A stretch of 64,000 bases of DNA, from positions 24,010 through 88,009 of the forward strand of contig JACQVR010000021.1 of NCBI GenBank assembly GCA_016209705.1, in the 5' to 3' direction. Shown one piece after another: positions 8,887-17,983 of this stretch; positions within the stretch are counted from its first letter, which is position 1; each line of letters opens with the position of its first letter. This DNA comes from Planctomycetota bacterium (GTDB lineage Bacteria > Planctomycetota > MHYJ01 > JACPRB01). The position numbers and the translations under genes were made by a program. The notes below the pieces were generated by a model, which saw only the letters and a list, made by a program, of their open reading frames with translations, was not told the DNA's origin and made no database searches.

Positions 8887-9127
8887 TTTCGCCTCACCCA
8901 TGTCGGGAATGCCTACTACGTCAGCGTTCGAGCGACCAACGAGGACGATTTCACCTCCACACCGGCCTTCAGCGACGGCGTGGTTCCTGTCTTGCCTCCT
9001 ATCGATCCAGGGAGCGGCGCAACCGCCGGCGGCGGCAAGTCGGGCGGCTGCGGCTCCGTGGGAATCGATCTAACCATTTTGATGTCGTTTTTGATATTCG
9101 CATGCCGGAGGTATAAGGAACTTTAAG
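8887..9127 (+). pseudogene. 3' remnant of a surface protein: FN3-like end plus Cys-containing C-terminal sorting tail
   Basis: Manual translation after TAA at 8884: FRLTHVGNAYYVSVRATNEDDFTSTPAFSDGV...GGGKSGGCGSVGIDLTILMSFLIFACRRYKEL*. No plausible start codon or RBS. Confidence 0.65.
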
Positions 9128-9269
9128 GGCTGACGCGAATCATGGGTGGCCTTCTACGAAAAGAAGGCGGAAGAGCGACGGCCGTAAACCAAGATCCGTT
9201 TCAAGATGACTTCTCGCGGCTGTTGCCGGCTTGCGCCGCGGGATCCGGAGGAGTTGAAGAGGCAGCCCC

Positions 9270-9445
9270 CTACCGCCTCCCGACCGCCACCAAGGCCAAG
9301 AAGCTCAGCACGCCGAACCAGAGGCCGGTGACGGCCGGTCCGCTCGCCGCGACACCCGAGCCGCACCCTCCGCCGGAGCCGCCGCCATGGACGCGTTCAC
9401 GGCGAGCGCGCCGATGGCCAGACCGGAGATCAAGGTGGCCTGCAT
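9270..9445 (-). pseudogene. Internally deleted surface-protein gene: signal peptide joined out of frame to a sorting tail
   Basis: SD (GGAGAG) then MQATLISGLAIGALAVNASMAA. In a shifted frame: GGGSGGGCGSGVAASGPAVTGLWFGVLSFLALVAVGRR*. Confidence 0.6.
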
Positions 9446-9662
9446 GGGTTCTCTCCCCCAAGCATCGTAATCAACTCCATTCGCGGAAAAAGTTGACTCA
9501 GGCAAGTTATCGACTTTCACGGAATATGGTGAGTACCACAAATAAAATTTGAGGTAGTCCAGTTTCGTGGTGGTCCGCTCGAAGCGCTGGGTCGATTCAA
9601 AAGGCGCGTAACAGGCGAAGGCTTCTCGTATCTTTCCTCAAGACATGCGCAAGGGGCACTTT

Positions 9663-11300
9663 ATGCGAAACCTCCTAACGTTCATGGAGTACGCCGCGCT
9701 TGCAGGCGCTCTGGCCGTTTTCGGCTGTCATTCCTCGGATCGAGACCCGGCCACCGGCACGGTGGACCTCTATATGACGGACGCTCCGGGCGAGTACCTG
9801 GAAGTGGTGGTTACCATCGACGCCGTCTCGATCAAGTCCTCCGGCGGCGACTGGGTGGAACTTCCGCTCAACACCGACATCGACGTCGGCGGAGCGGTCG
9901 TCGACAAGGACATCCCTCGCGGACGGCTGACGATCGACCTGGTGCAACTCGGCCAGGGCGAGCCGATGCGGCTGGCCTTGGGCCGTGTGCCCGCGGGACA
10001 CCTCGATCAGATCCGCCTGCACGTCGTGGAAGACATGGTCAACGGACAGCGTACGCCGTGGGTGCTGGAGGACATACCAGAAGCCATGCGCGAGTTCGTC
10101 AAGATCCCCAGCGGTCATCAGACTGGACTCAAAATCGTCCCCCGGAACGTGGAGGTTCTCGCGGACGGCCTTGTCGCGGTCACGCTCGATTTCGATGCCC
10201 AAAGGTCCGTGATCAAGCTGACCGATTCCGGCCTCGGGGGACCGAGCCGAGGGTTTGACTTCCTGCTCAAGCCGGTGATTTTCGTGAAAGACGCGGAAAG
10301 TCTGGTTCAGCCCGCCACGACCATCGCCGTCGGCCTGAATTTTCCGACGGGCGTGGACTATCTTCGGCGGGACGAGGCGACCGCCTCCGACGATCGCATC
10401 GCCGTCTCCAACGGGGGCACCGCCTCGAGCGCGGAATCCAGCAACGCATCGACCGTCTTGACGCTCGATCCCTCAGGGTACGCGTCCGGAACGCCGATCG
10501 ACGCGACGGCGACCGACGGCTCGGTCGTTCGAGCGGTGATGACGCAACCTCCTCTCGGCTTGCGGAGAAGCGAAGGACTTCGGGGAGCCGGGGCGTTTGA
10601 AGCGGTCGCCGGGGAAGAGGTGGCTCACTTCACGGCGGGCGACCCGCTCACGTTCACGTCGGATGTGATCGGCGGAACGCTCACGGCGGTGGAGCCTGTC
10701 GACTTCAGCGGGCGGACGGCCTACTTCTTAGGTCGGGGAACCGAGACGCTTTTCTTCGATCCGGCGTCGGGCCCGGCTCAGCCCGTCGGCATCTCCGGAC
10801 TGGCGGACGTGACCGGGCTGGCGTTCATTCCCAACGTGCCGGAGGGCATGTACGGCACGCTCATGGTTACCGATCGCGGCGCCGACCCGGCCGACCCGGC
10901 GGACGATCAGATCCTCGCGCAACCGTTGTCCGCGCTCGAATCCGGCGTCACTCTCCCGGGCCCCGCGATCCGGCATACGGCGGCCACGTTGGGTTTCCTG
11001 AACGAGCCGGTCGGCGTCGTTCGAAGCGCGGCGGGCGGCGTCTACGTCGCGATGCGAGGCAATGGATTCATCCATGAGCTGGGACCGGACCTCGCGCTGA
11101 TCCGGATCCTGGACACGGGCCTCGGCGCGTCCAGCTTGAACGGGATCGCGGTCGCCGGCACTCCGGCGCTGGCGGGATTCGAGACTTCCGGCGAAGCATT
11201 GCTTCTGGCCAACACGCTGGGCCTCGACGATCCGGCGGCCGGCGATCCTCTGGATCCGGCCGCCGCGGGGGGCGGCACGATCGAAATCGTGGTACCCTGA
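9663..11300 (+). CDS. DUF4382-domain lipoprotein with C-terminal beta-propeller-like region
   Basis: Lipobox AVFGC. GTVDLYMTDAP, VPAGHLDQIRL, KIPSGHQTGLKI, TLDFDAQRSV and LKPVI match DUF4382. NHL-like GLNFPTGV and LNEPVGV repeats follow. Confidence 0.8.
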   Translation: MRNLLTFMEYAALAGALAVFGCHSSDRDPATGTVDLYMTDAPGEYLEVVVTIDAVSIKSSGGDWVELPLNTDIDVGGAVVDKDIPRGRLTIDLVQLGQGEPMRLALGRVPAGHLDQIRLHVVEDMVNGQRTPWVLEDIPEAMREFVKIPSGHQTGLKIVPRNVEVLADGLVAVTLDFDAQRSVIKLTDSGLGGPSRGFDFLLKPVIFVKDAESLVQPATTIAVGLNFPTGVDYLRRDEATASDDRIAVSNGGTASSAESSNASTVLTLDPSGYASGTPIDATATDGSVVRAVMTQPPLGLRRSEGLRGAGAFEAVAGEEVAHFTAGDPLTFTSDVIGGTLTAVEPVDFSGRTAYFLGRGTETLFFDPASGPAQPVGISGLADVTGLAFIPNVPEGMYGTLMVTDRGADPADPADDQILAQPLSALESGVTLPGPAIRHTAATLGFLNEPVGVVRSAAGGVYVAMRGNGFIHELGPDLALIRILDTGLGASSLNGIAVAGTPALAGFETSGEALLLANTLGLDDPAAGDPLDPAAAGGGTIEIVVP

Positions 11301-11520
11301 GCTGCGGAGATCCCGGAGGAGCCGGAGCTTGGTGTATTCTTCTCCGTGAGCTCCGGCTGCTCCACGCGCTCGAAGCCGGAGGTTGTGCAACGGATTCCCA
11401 TTCCTCATCCACACCGCGGGACAGCCTCAATGTGCCGGATTTACGGATCCGGCTAGGCCAGTTCAACTGCCGTTCCGTGATGCCGCCGTACATATGTTTA
11501 GACGGTATCAGGAGAAATCT

Positions 11521-13626
11521 ATGTCGCCTTCCCGCACGATGCTGGCTCTTGGTCTCGGCGCCCTCTTCTTCGGCCCGGCCGTGGCGCCGCTTCAGGCCTC
11601 GGGGTCCTCCAAAGCTTCCGGACTCGTCCGGTCGCGCGATGGAGATATTGAAGAGCTCCGGAAGCTCCGGCGCGAGCGGCGCCATAAAGTGGCGGAAGCC
11701 GCGGCTCTGAAAAAAAACGCCGACGACGAGAGCCGGAGGAAAGCGGAACGGCTCCAAGAGGAAGTGGAGGCGGTGGGGAAATCCATCGATCGCGTGGTCC
11801 CCAAAATCATCCAGGCGCTGCTCAAGGATCTCAAGAGCGGCAAGCCGGAAGCCGTGGCCAAGGCGACGGCCCAGTTGGCCGAAGTGGGAACCCCGGCGGT
11901 TTCGGAGCTGGAGAAGTTGGCCACGTCCGGCAAGGGAGATGAGCAGGCGCGCATCCAAGCCGTTCTCACCCTGATCAAGCTGGTCGAGGCGGGCGATGAC
12001 GGCTTGTGGAGTCAATGGGCCTCAGGCGCCAAGGCCTCCTCCGAATACGAAGGCAAGAAGAAGAAGAACACGGATGACTGGAGCGCCATCCAGGCTTGCG
12101 GCGCGCCGGATACCGAGACGGCGGGGAGCAGGCCCACGGCATGGCGCGGCAAGACAGCGAGCAGGCGGCGGAGGAGGAACCGAGGCGAGGAGTGGCTCGA
12201 ATTGACCTACCAAGTGCCGGTGCGTCCCGTGCGGGTCCGCGTCCACGAAACGTTCAATCCCGGCGCCGTGGTGAAGATCGAGGCTCAGGATCCCGAGACC
12301 AACTGGCAGGTGTTGTGGGAGGGGAAAGATCCGACGACCGAAGCTCCGGCTTTCCTCGATGTTCCGTTCGATCCGCCCGCCTATGCGACGCGCTTGCTCC
12401 GAGTGACGCTGGATATGGAGGGAGTCTCGGGGATGAGCGAGATCGACGCGGTTCAGCTCATCGGCGAGCCGACGGGAGAAGCCGTCACGGTCAAGGAAAT
12501 CACGAGGGCGGATCTGCTGTGGGAGTACTTCGGGCCGCCGCCGCCGAAACACGCCATCTCGAAAGAGGAGGCCGTCAAGATCGCCGTGCAGGAACTCCTC
12601 AAGATGCAGGAAAAGACCGGCCGGTGGTCGTATGAGGCCTACCATCAGGACCCGCAAGAAAAGGGAGGGCTTCCCTACGGATTCCAGGTCGGGGGCACGT
12701 CGATCGTCGGCGAGGCGCTGCTCCTGACCGCCCCCGACGACAAGGAGGTGATGGCGGCCGTGCACCGCGGGCTGGCCTGGACGTTGAAAGCACTGGAGCA
12801 CAAGAAAATGACGCCCCGACTCAAGGAAGCGTACGACGTCCGCATCTGGGGCCACTGCTATGCGCTGCAATTCCTGTGTCGTCTCCGCGGCATGAACAAG
12901 ATGGGCGAGTACGCGGAGGCCGTCAAGGAATGGATTCCGAAGCTGGTGGACACCATCATCAAGGAGGAAAGCCCGAAAGGCGGCTGGAACTACGCGAGCC
13001 GTAGAGTCCCGGCGTCGTTCGTGACTTCTCCCATGGCGCAGGCGCTGATGCTCGCGAAATCGCAGGGCGAGGCGGTTCCCGACGAACTGATGCAGCGCAC
13101 CCTCGAGTTCCTGGAAGCGTGCCGTTTGAAGGACGGCTCTTTCTACTATGGCGGCTCGACGAAGCGGCCGAACTGGGATGGCGGAGGATTGCCCGGAAGC
13201 GCCGGTCGCGCGGTCGTGTCCGAATCGACGCTCGGGTTCATGGGCGGCAGCTCACCCGAGAGGATTCAATTCGCGCTCGACAACTTCTACCGGAACTGGC
13301 GAGAGCTGGAAAAGCGCCGCGCGAAATCCGGCACCCATACGGGAACCTACGGCATCGCCCCCTATTACTTCTATTACGCGCACCGCTTCCTGGCTCAGTT
13401 GATCGAACTGCTGCCGGAGGAAAAGCGCCCGGCGGAGCGCCAGCGCCTGTTCCATACGATCATGGCGACGCGCGACGACGACGGCACCTGGTGCGATCGC
13501 TATCACAAGGTCCACCATCGTTCCCGCAACGTCGATACGGCCTTCGTGCTTCTGGCGTTCCTGGCCGAGAAGGCGCCGCTGCCGCCGAGGTTGGGCAAGC
13601 GGATCGATGATTTTGACCCGCGCTGA
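11521..13626 (+). CDS. Secreted multidomain protein: coiled-coil/HEAT, discoidin/jelly-roll domain, prenyltransferase/squalene-cyclase-like alpha/alpha barrel
   Basis: Signal peptide. QWASGAKASSEY..WSAIQACGAPDT..EWLELTY..EIDAVQLIG. QW-type repeats (LLKMQEKTGRW, ESPKGGWNY, RLKDGSFYY, RDDDGTW). Confidence 0.75.
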   Translation: MSPSRTMLALGLGALFFGPAVAPLQASGSSKASGLVRSRDGDIEELRKLRRERRHKVAEAAALKKNADDESRRKAERLQEEVEAVGKSIDRVVPKIIQALLKDLKSGKPEAVAKATAQLAEVGTPAVSELEKLATSGKGDEQARIQAVLTLIKLVEAGDDGLWSQWASGAKASSEYEGKKKKNTDDWSAIQACGAPDTETAGSRPTAWRGKTASRRRRRNRGEEWLELTYQVPVRPVRVRVHETFNPGAVVKIEAQDPETNWQVLWEGKDPTTEAPAFLDVPFDPPAYATRLLRVTLDMEGVSGMSEIDAVQLIGEPTGEAVTVKEITRADLLWEYFGPPPPKHAISKEEAVKIAVQELLKMQEKTGRWSYEAYHQDPQEKGGLPYGFQVGGTSIVGEALLLTAPDDKEVMAAVHRGLAWTLKALEHKKMTPRLKEAYDVRIWGHCYALQFLCRLRGMNKMGEYAEAVKEWIPKLVDTIIKEESPKGGWNYASRRVPASFVTSPMAQALMLAKSQGEAVPDELMQRTLEFLEACRLKDGSFYYGGSTKRPNWDGGGLPGSAGRAVVSESTLGFMGGSSPERIQFALDNFYRNWRELEKRRAKSGTHTGTYGIAPYYFYYAHRFLAQLIELLPEEKRPAERQRLFHTIMATRDDDGTWCDRYHKVHHRSRNVDTAFVLLAFLAEKAPLPPRLGKRIDDFDPR

Positions 13627-13682
13627 GCGTCCGCAGACACCCCGCCGGTTCCTCAGATGATCCGAAGAACCGGCGGGGAGCG

Positions 13683-14592
13683 CTACTCCGCCCGCAACGC
13701 GTCCACCGGATTCAAGCGCGCCGCTCGTAGGGCGGGCACGCTGCCGGCGACCACTCCCACGGCCAACGAGACCGCCAGCGCCAGCGGAAGGCTCCACATC
13801 GGCGTTTCAATCCAGAAGCCGGGGATCGCGGCGGCCAGGAAGGCGCCAAGACCGACGCCGAGACTTATCCCCGCCATGCCCCCCGCCAGAGACAGGCCGC
13901 CCGCTTCGGCCAGAAAGAGGAGCATCACCTGCCGGTCGCTCGCCCCCAGGGCTTTGATCAGTCCGATCTCGCCGGTCCGTTCATGCACCGCCACCCAATG
14001 GTCTGCCCTTTGAGGTTCAGGTCGATCAAGAGGCGAACGATGTCCCGCCCCGAGGCGCAGTCGAGATTGCCCGTCGGCTCGTCGGCCAGCAGGATCGGCG
14101 GCTTCATCGCCAGCGCGCGCGATCGCCACCCGCTGGCGCTCCCCGCCGGAGAGCTGGTCCGGCCGGTGCTGGACCCGCGGTTCCAACCCCACCGCCGCCA
14201 AGGATTCGCCCGCGACCCGCCGCCGCTCCGCGCCGGGCCGGCCGGCGAAAATCATCGGCAGCTCCACGTTGCGCAGCGCCGACATCCGCGGCACCAGATG
14301 GAACGTCTGGAAAATGAACCCGATTTTTTCGCGTCGGACGAGGACCCGATCCCCCCTCGAGCAACGCGAGCGTGGGGATTCGAAGAACGTCCGGCTCGCG
14401 GCGGAGGATGACTTCGACGTCGGCGGACGTGCCCGGTTTCAACTCCAGCGAACGGACGTCGCCCTCGAGTTCGACTTCGACCACGACGGTGCGATTCTGT
14501 TCTTCCACCTCGGAAACATACGGAGCGATCCCTGCGCGGCGAAGCCGTTACCGCCACGTGCGGGTTGGCGACGGCCTGGCGAGTGGCGGCAT
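13683..14592 (-). pseudogene. Collapsed MacAB-type ABC export operon (adaptor, ATPase and permease fragments)
   Basis: Adaptor fragment EEQNRTVVVEVEL..LKPGTSADVEVI..VLRIPTLAL. ATPase fragment RREKIGFIFQTFHL..LSGGERQRVAIARA/ILLADEPTGNLD (frameshifted, no Walker A). Permease end ERTGEIGLIKALGA..PALRAARLNPVDALRAE. Confidence 0.85.
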
Positions 14593-14634
14593 CCGAAGTC
14601 CGGGCTCCGGATCGCCCTCCGACTCCCCCGGAGC

Positions 14635-14667
14635 GACTATGGACCGTGGACCGTGGACAATGGACTC
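14635..14667. repeat. Heptamer tandem repeat (GGACNNT)n
   Basis: gactat-ggaccgt-ggaccgt-ggacaat-ggactc. Confidence 0.65.
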
Positions 14668-14670
14668 AAG

Positions 14671-15036
14671 TTATGGCGTCATCCGGCCGGATTCACCGGC
14701 TCCGGGAACCGACATCACGCAATTCTCGCCGCCGAAAGGGTTGGGAACGCGGCGAGTCGCCTCGGGATTGTCCCGCCATTCGCCGTCGACGATCAACCGG
14801 TACTGGTAGTCGCCCGGGCGCAGATGCAGGCGAGTTCGCCACACGCCGTCCGGGTCTTTGCGCAATCGGTATCGGTCCGCCGCCCACCCGGTGAAGTCTC
14901 CCGTGAGGATCACTTCCCGTTGGGCATCCGTCCGAATCTCAACGAGGACTTCCGTCGTGTCGCGCGGCGGCGCCTGGCGGATGTCCATTTCAAATCCCAT
15001 GATCCCGCCCCGTGATTTCTGTAAACGTTCTTTCAT
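14671..15036 (-). CDS. Stand-alone CBM48/AMPK-type glycogen-binding domain protein
   Basis: EVILTGDFTGW..L..DPDGVW...L.L.PGDYQYRLIVDGEWRDNP...VPNPFGGEN. SD GAGGTGAGG lies before ATG 15036. Confidence 0.85.
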   Translation of the reverse strand: MKERLQKSRGGIMGFEMDIRQAPPRDTTEVLVEIRTDAQREVILTGDFTGWAADRYRLRKDPDGVWRTRLHLRPGDYQYRLIVDGEWRDNPEATRRVPNPFGGENCVMSVPGAGESGRMTP

Positions 15037-15116
15037 GGCCTCACCTCGATGATCAGCCGCTCCCTCTTGCACGGGGTCGTCCACGCCGCGGCCGGCGCCA
15101 CGCCCCGGATTGATAG

Positions 15117-15132
15117 AGCAAAAGGGATGCCA
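15117..15132 (-). promoter_or_regulatory. Sigma54 (-24/-12) promoter candidate upstream of the CBM48 gene
   Basis: Minus strand TGGCATCCCTTTTGCT has the exact GG-N10-GC spacing. Confidence 0.55.
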
Positions 15133-15742
15133 TGAGACCATCCAGCGCCTCGCTCGCGGGTGTGAATGAATCGAGAAACATTACCGAGGTCACGTCCATG
15201 GCCTTGGAAGTCCGCTCGGGTTTGGCCGCCAAGACGACATCGTTGAAATTTCCTCCACCCCTCGCGAAGATTTCACCACTCCGGAAGGAAAGGGGGCGCG
15301 CTTGAGGGATCTTGGAGTCTCTTGAGTGTCAAAGAGCCAGGCCATCTCGAAGCGGAAATATCGAGCCTTGCGAACGCCTTCCCATAGGCGATCCTGACCT
15401 GGAACACGTGGAGGAATTCAACCATGTCAAGAATCACGCTCTCCGCCATCAAGACCGATATCGGGGGATGCGTCGGGCATACGACGGTTCATCCGGACGT
15501 CGAAGAAATATGTTGGCGCTGCCTCGATGAGGCTCGTCAACAAGGCAAGGTTGGTGGGTCCACGCGACCTTTTCGATGATCCGGGCTTCGATCGCGCCCG
15601 TGACGAGGCGGACCGGATCGCGGAGGCGAAGGTACAGGGAGCCGACTTCGACGCCGTCGACGACGACGGCCAGCGGGACGACCTCTTGCGACCCATGAAC
15701 GCCTCCTTTCGGAAAGCGTCCCTCTTGACGAGGACCATCTCA

Positions 15743-15760
15743 CTGGAGACATGTCTCCAG
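15743..15760. other. Perfect 18-bp palindrome downstream of the tRNA
   Basis: CTGGAGACATGTCTCCAG. Confidence 0.5.
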
Positions 15761-15784
15761 CGAAAGCCCTTTAATTGAGGTTAA

Positions 15785-15858
15785 TGGGCGTTGAGGGACT
15801 CGAACCCCCGACCTCTTGGGTGTGATCCAAGCGCTCTAACCAACTGAGCTAAACGCCC
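15785..15858 (-). tRNA. tRNA-Val (anticodon CAC), CCA not encoded
   Basis: GGGCGTTTAGCTCAGTTGGTTAGAGCG CTTGG ATCACAC CCAAG AGGTC GGGGG TTCGAGT CCCTC AACGCCC A folds into a cloverleaf. Confidence 0.93.
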
Positions 15859-16057
15859 GGGAGACGGCCCGCGGTCGGGTCGTCTCCATGTCCGCGGAAT
15901 GTGCCTCCCCCTCGGCGGCCGTTCTCCGAACCCCCATCCAGATGCCCCCATGCCTTCGGCGAGCGCGGATCGTACCAGGATCGATTCGGATTTAGAAGCG
16001 TCGCCGCGGCACCGGCCGGCGTCGTACCTCACGCTCGAGCAACCTCGCACCGCCCGC

Positions 16058-16849
16058 CTATCCCGCCACGTCGAGCTTCTCGATATGTTCGCCCCGGAAC
16101 ACACGGACGGGGCCCGCGTCGAGACGCACTTCGATGCCTTCGATGGGATCCACCTCCTCCACGACGCCTCCGTAGGTCTTTCCCTCGGCGCGGATCCGGA
16201 CCCTCCGATTCAGGATCTCCGATCGATCCCGCCACGCCTTGCGAATCTCCTTGATCCGATGCGCCGGGTCGTCCGCCCAGCGCTCCATCGCCTCCATGAG
16301 CGCCCGCGCCACGTGGATCCGACTGACCTCCTCCCCCTTCTCGATCGACAGGGATGTCGCCGTCGCCCGCAGCTCCTTCGGAAAATCGGACGCCGCCACG
16401 TTGACGTTGACGCCGATTCCCGCGACGAACAAATCCGGCCTCCCCGAGATGAAGCGCGATTCCACCAGCACGCCCGCCAGCTTCTTTCCCGCCGACACGA
16501 CGTCGTTGGGGAAGCGGATCCCCGCCTCGATCCCGCCCGCCTCCTCCACCGCGTCCGCCGCCGCCAGGGCCGCCGCCGCCGTCACCAGCGGAACCCGATC
16601 CACGGAAATCTCCGGACGCAGGATCACGGAACACAGAATTGAGGTCCCCCGAGGCGCGAACCATTCGCGCCCCATCCGCCCCCTCCCTCGGCGCTGCTCC
16701 TCCGCGAAGATCGCCGTCCCGTGCGGCGCGCCTTCCACGGCCTGGCTCCAAGCCGCGTCGTTGGTGGACCCCACCGACTTGAGGCACAGAATCTTCCGCC
16801 CCATGTTCCGGGCCGCCAGCCGCGCTCCAATGGCATGAGGCGTCAACAT
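16058..16849 (-). CDS. birA: Biotin--[acetyl-CoA-carboxylase] ligase (no N-terminal HTH)
   Basis: VGSTND, AEEQRRGRGRMGREW, RFPNDV..GKKLAGVLVE and GIGVNVN motifs. Confidence 0.92.
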   Translation of the reverse strand: MLTPHAIGARLAARNMGRKILCLKSVGSTNDAAWSQAVEGAPHGTAIFAEEQRRGRGRMGREWFAPRGTSILCSVILRPEISVDRVPLVTAAAALAAADAVEEAGGIEAGIRFPNDVVSAGKKLAGVLVESRFISGRPDLFVAGIGVNVNVAASDFPKELRATATSLSIEKGEEVSRIHVARALMEAMERWADDPAHRIKEIRKAWRDRSEILNRRVRIRAEGKTYGGVVEEVDPIEGIEVRLDAGPVRVFRGEHIEKLDVAG

Positions 16850-17694
16850 GGACGAAGGTCGAGCGAGAGGTCGATCGCGGGAGCCGAGTGGGTCAACGCG
16901 CCCACGCTGATCCAATCCACCCCGGTCGCCGCGATCGCCCGCACCGACTTCAGCGTCACGCCGCCCGACGCTTCCAGCGTCAGCGCGGGGTTCGCCCGGC
17001 GAAGTCGAGGAACGAGCGATCGCAACGCGGCCACGCTCATGTTGTCGAGCAGCAACGCGTCCACTTCCCACGTCGCGAACACAAGCGCCTGCTCCGGCGT
17101 CTGCGCTTCGATCTCGATTCGAAAACGGGCTCCGCGGCGCCGGCGCAACGCCGCCACCGCGCGGCGCAGCGCCTCCAGGTCGCCCGCCCCTTGGATGTGA
17201 TTGTCCTTGATGAGCGCGGCGTCGAAGAGGCCGAACCGGTGGTTCGTTCCGCCTCCGGCCCGCACGGCGTATCGCTCCAGGAGGCGGCAACCCGGCGTGG
17301 TCTTGCGTGTATCGAGGATCCGCGCTCCCGTTCCGCGCACGGCGTCCACGAACGCCCGCGTCAACGTCGCGATCCCGGACAGGCGCTGCAAGAAATTCAG
17401 CGCCACCCGTTCGCCCGTCAGGATGGATCGAGCTTTCCCGGTCACCCGCGCGACGGCCCGCCCCGAACGCGCCCGCGCCCCGTCCTTCACGAGCGGGGCG
17501 AGCGCCGCTCCTCCCAGCCGCCGAAATACCTCTCGAGCCAGGGGAAGACCACAAATCACGGCCGGGCGCTTCAGGACAATCATGCCGACCGCGCGCCGGT
17601 CGAAAGGAATCGTCGCTTCAGACGTGACGTCGCCCGACCCCACGTCCTCCGCCAGAGCTTGGGCGACGAGGCGCGCTACCTCGGAACGGCGCAT
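16843..17694 (-). CDS. nadC: Quinolinate phosphoribosyltransferase
   Basis: AEDVGSGDVTS, ERVALNFLQRLSGIAT, DTRKTTPG, HRFGLFD..LIKDNH, LEASGG and ISVGALTHS motifs. Confidence 0.96.
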   Translation of the reverse strand: MRRSEVARLVAQALAEDVGSGDVTSEATIPFDRRAVGMIVLKRPAVICGLPLAREVFRRLGGAALAPLVKDGARARSGRAVARVTGKARSILTGERVALNFLQRLSGIATLTRAFVDAVRGTGARILDTRKTTPGCRLLERYAVRAGGGTNHRFGLFDAALIKDNHIQGAGDLEALRRAVAALRRRRGARFRIEIEAQTPEQALVFATWEVDALLLDNMSVAALRSLVPRLRRANPALTLEASGGVTLKSVRAIAATGVDWISVGALTHSAPAIDLSLDLRPC

Positions 17695-17721
17695 CAGGCG
17701 GCCCGGCCTTCCGGGTGATGG

Positions 17722-17980
17722 TCGAGATGTTGGAGATATGGAGATAGGCCGTGCCATCATTGAGGGTCTTATCTCCACGGCTTCGATATCAGCTTAGGGC
17801 TCGTGAAAAAGTAAGTGCTCTTTTTTTGATCAACCGCCAAAACGCCAAATCGCCATCGGGGTCTCTTTTGGCGAGCCTTTTGGCGGTTTGGCCGCTTTGG
17901 CGGTTCAAGTCTTCCACCAGAAATCGATCCTTTGTTTATTCACAACTCCTTATCTCCAATATCTCGACATCCCCTTGAAT
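17722..17980. repeat. Nested intergenic repeats: octamer arms enclosing an AACCGCCAA...TTGGCGGTT palindrome
   Basis: gagatgttggagatatggagatagg (about 17724), palindrome at 17832-17906, atctccaatatctcgacatcccc (about 17953). Confidence 0.65.
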
Positions 17981-17983
17981 CTC

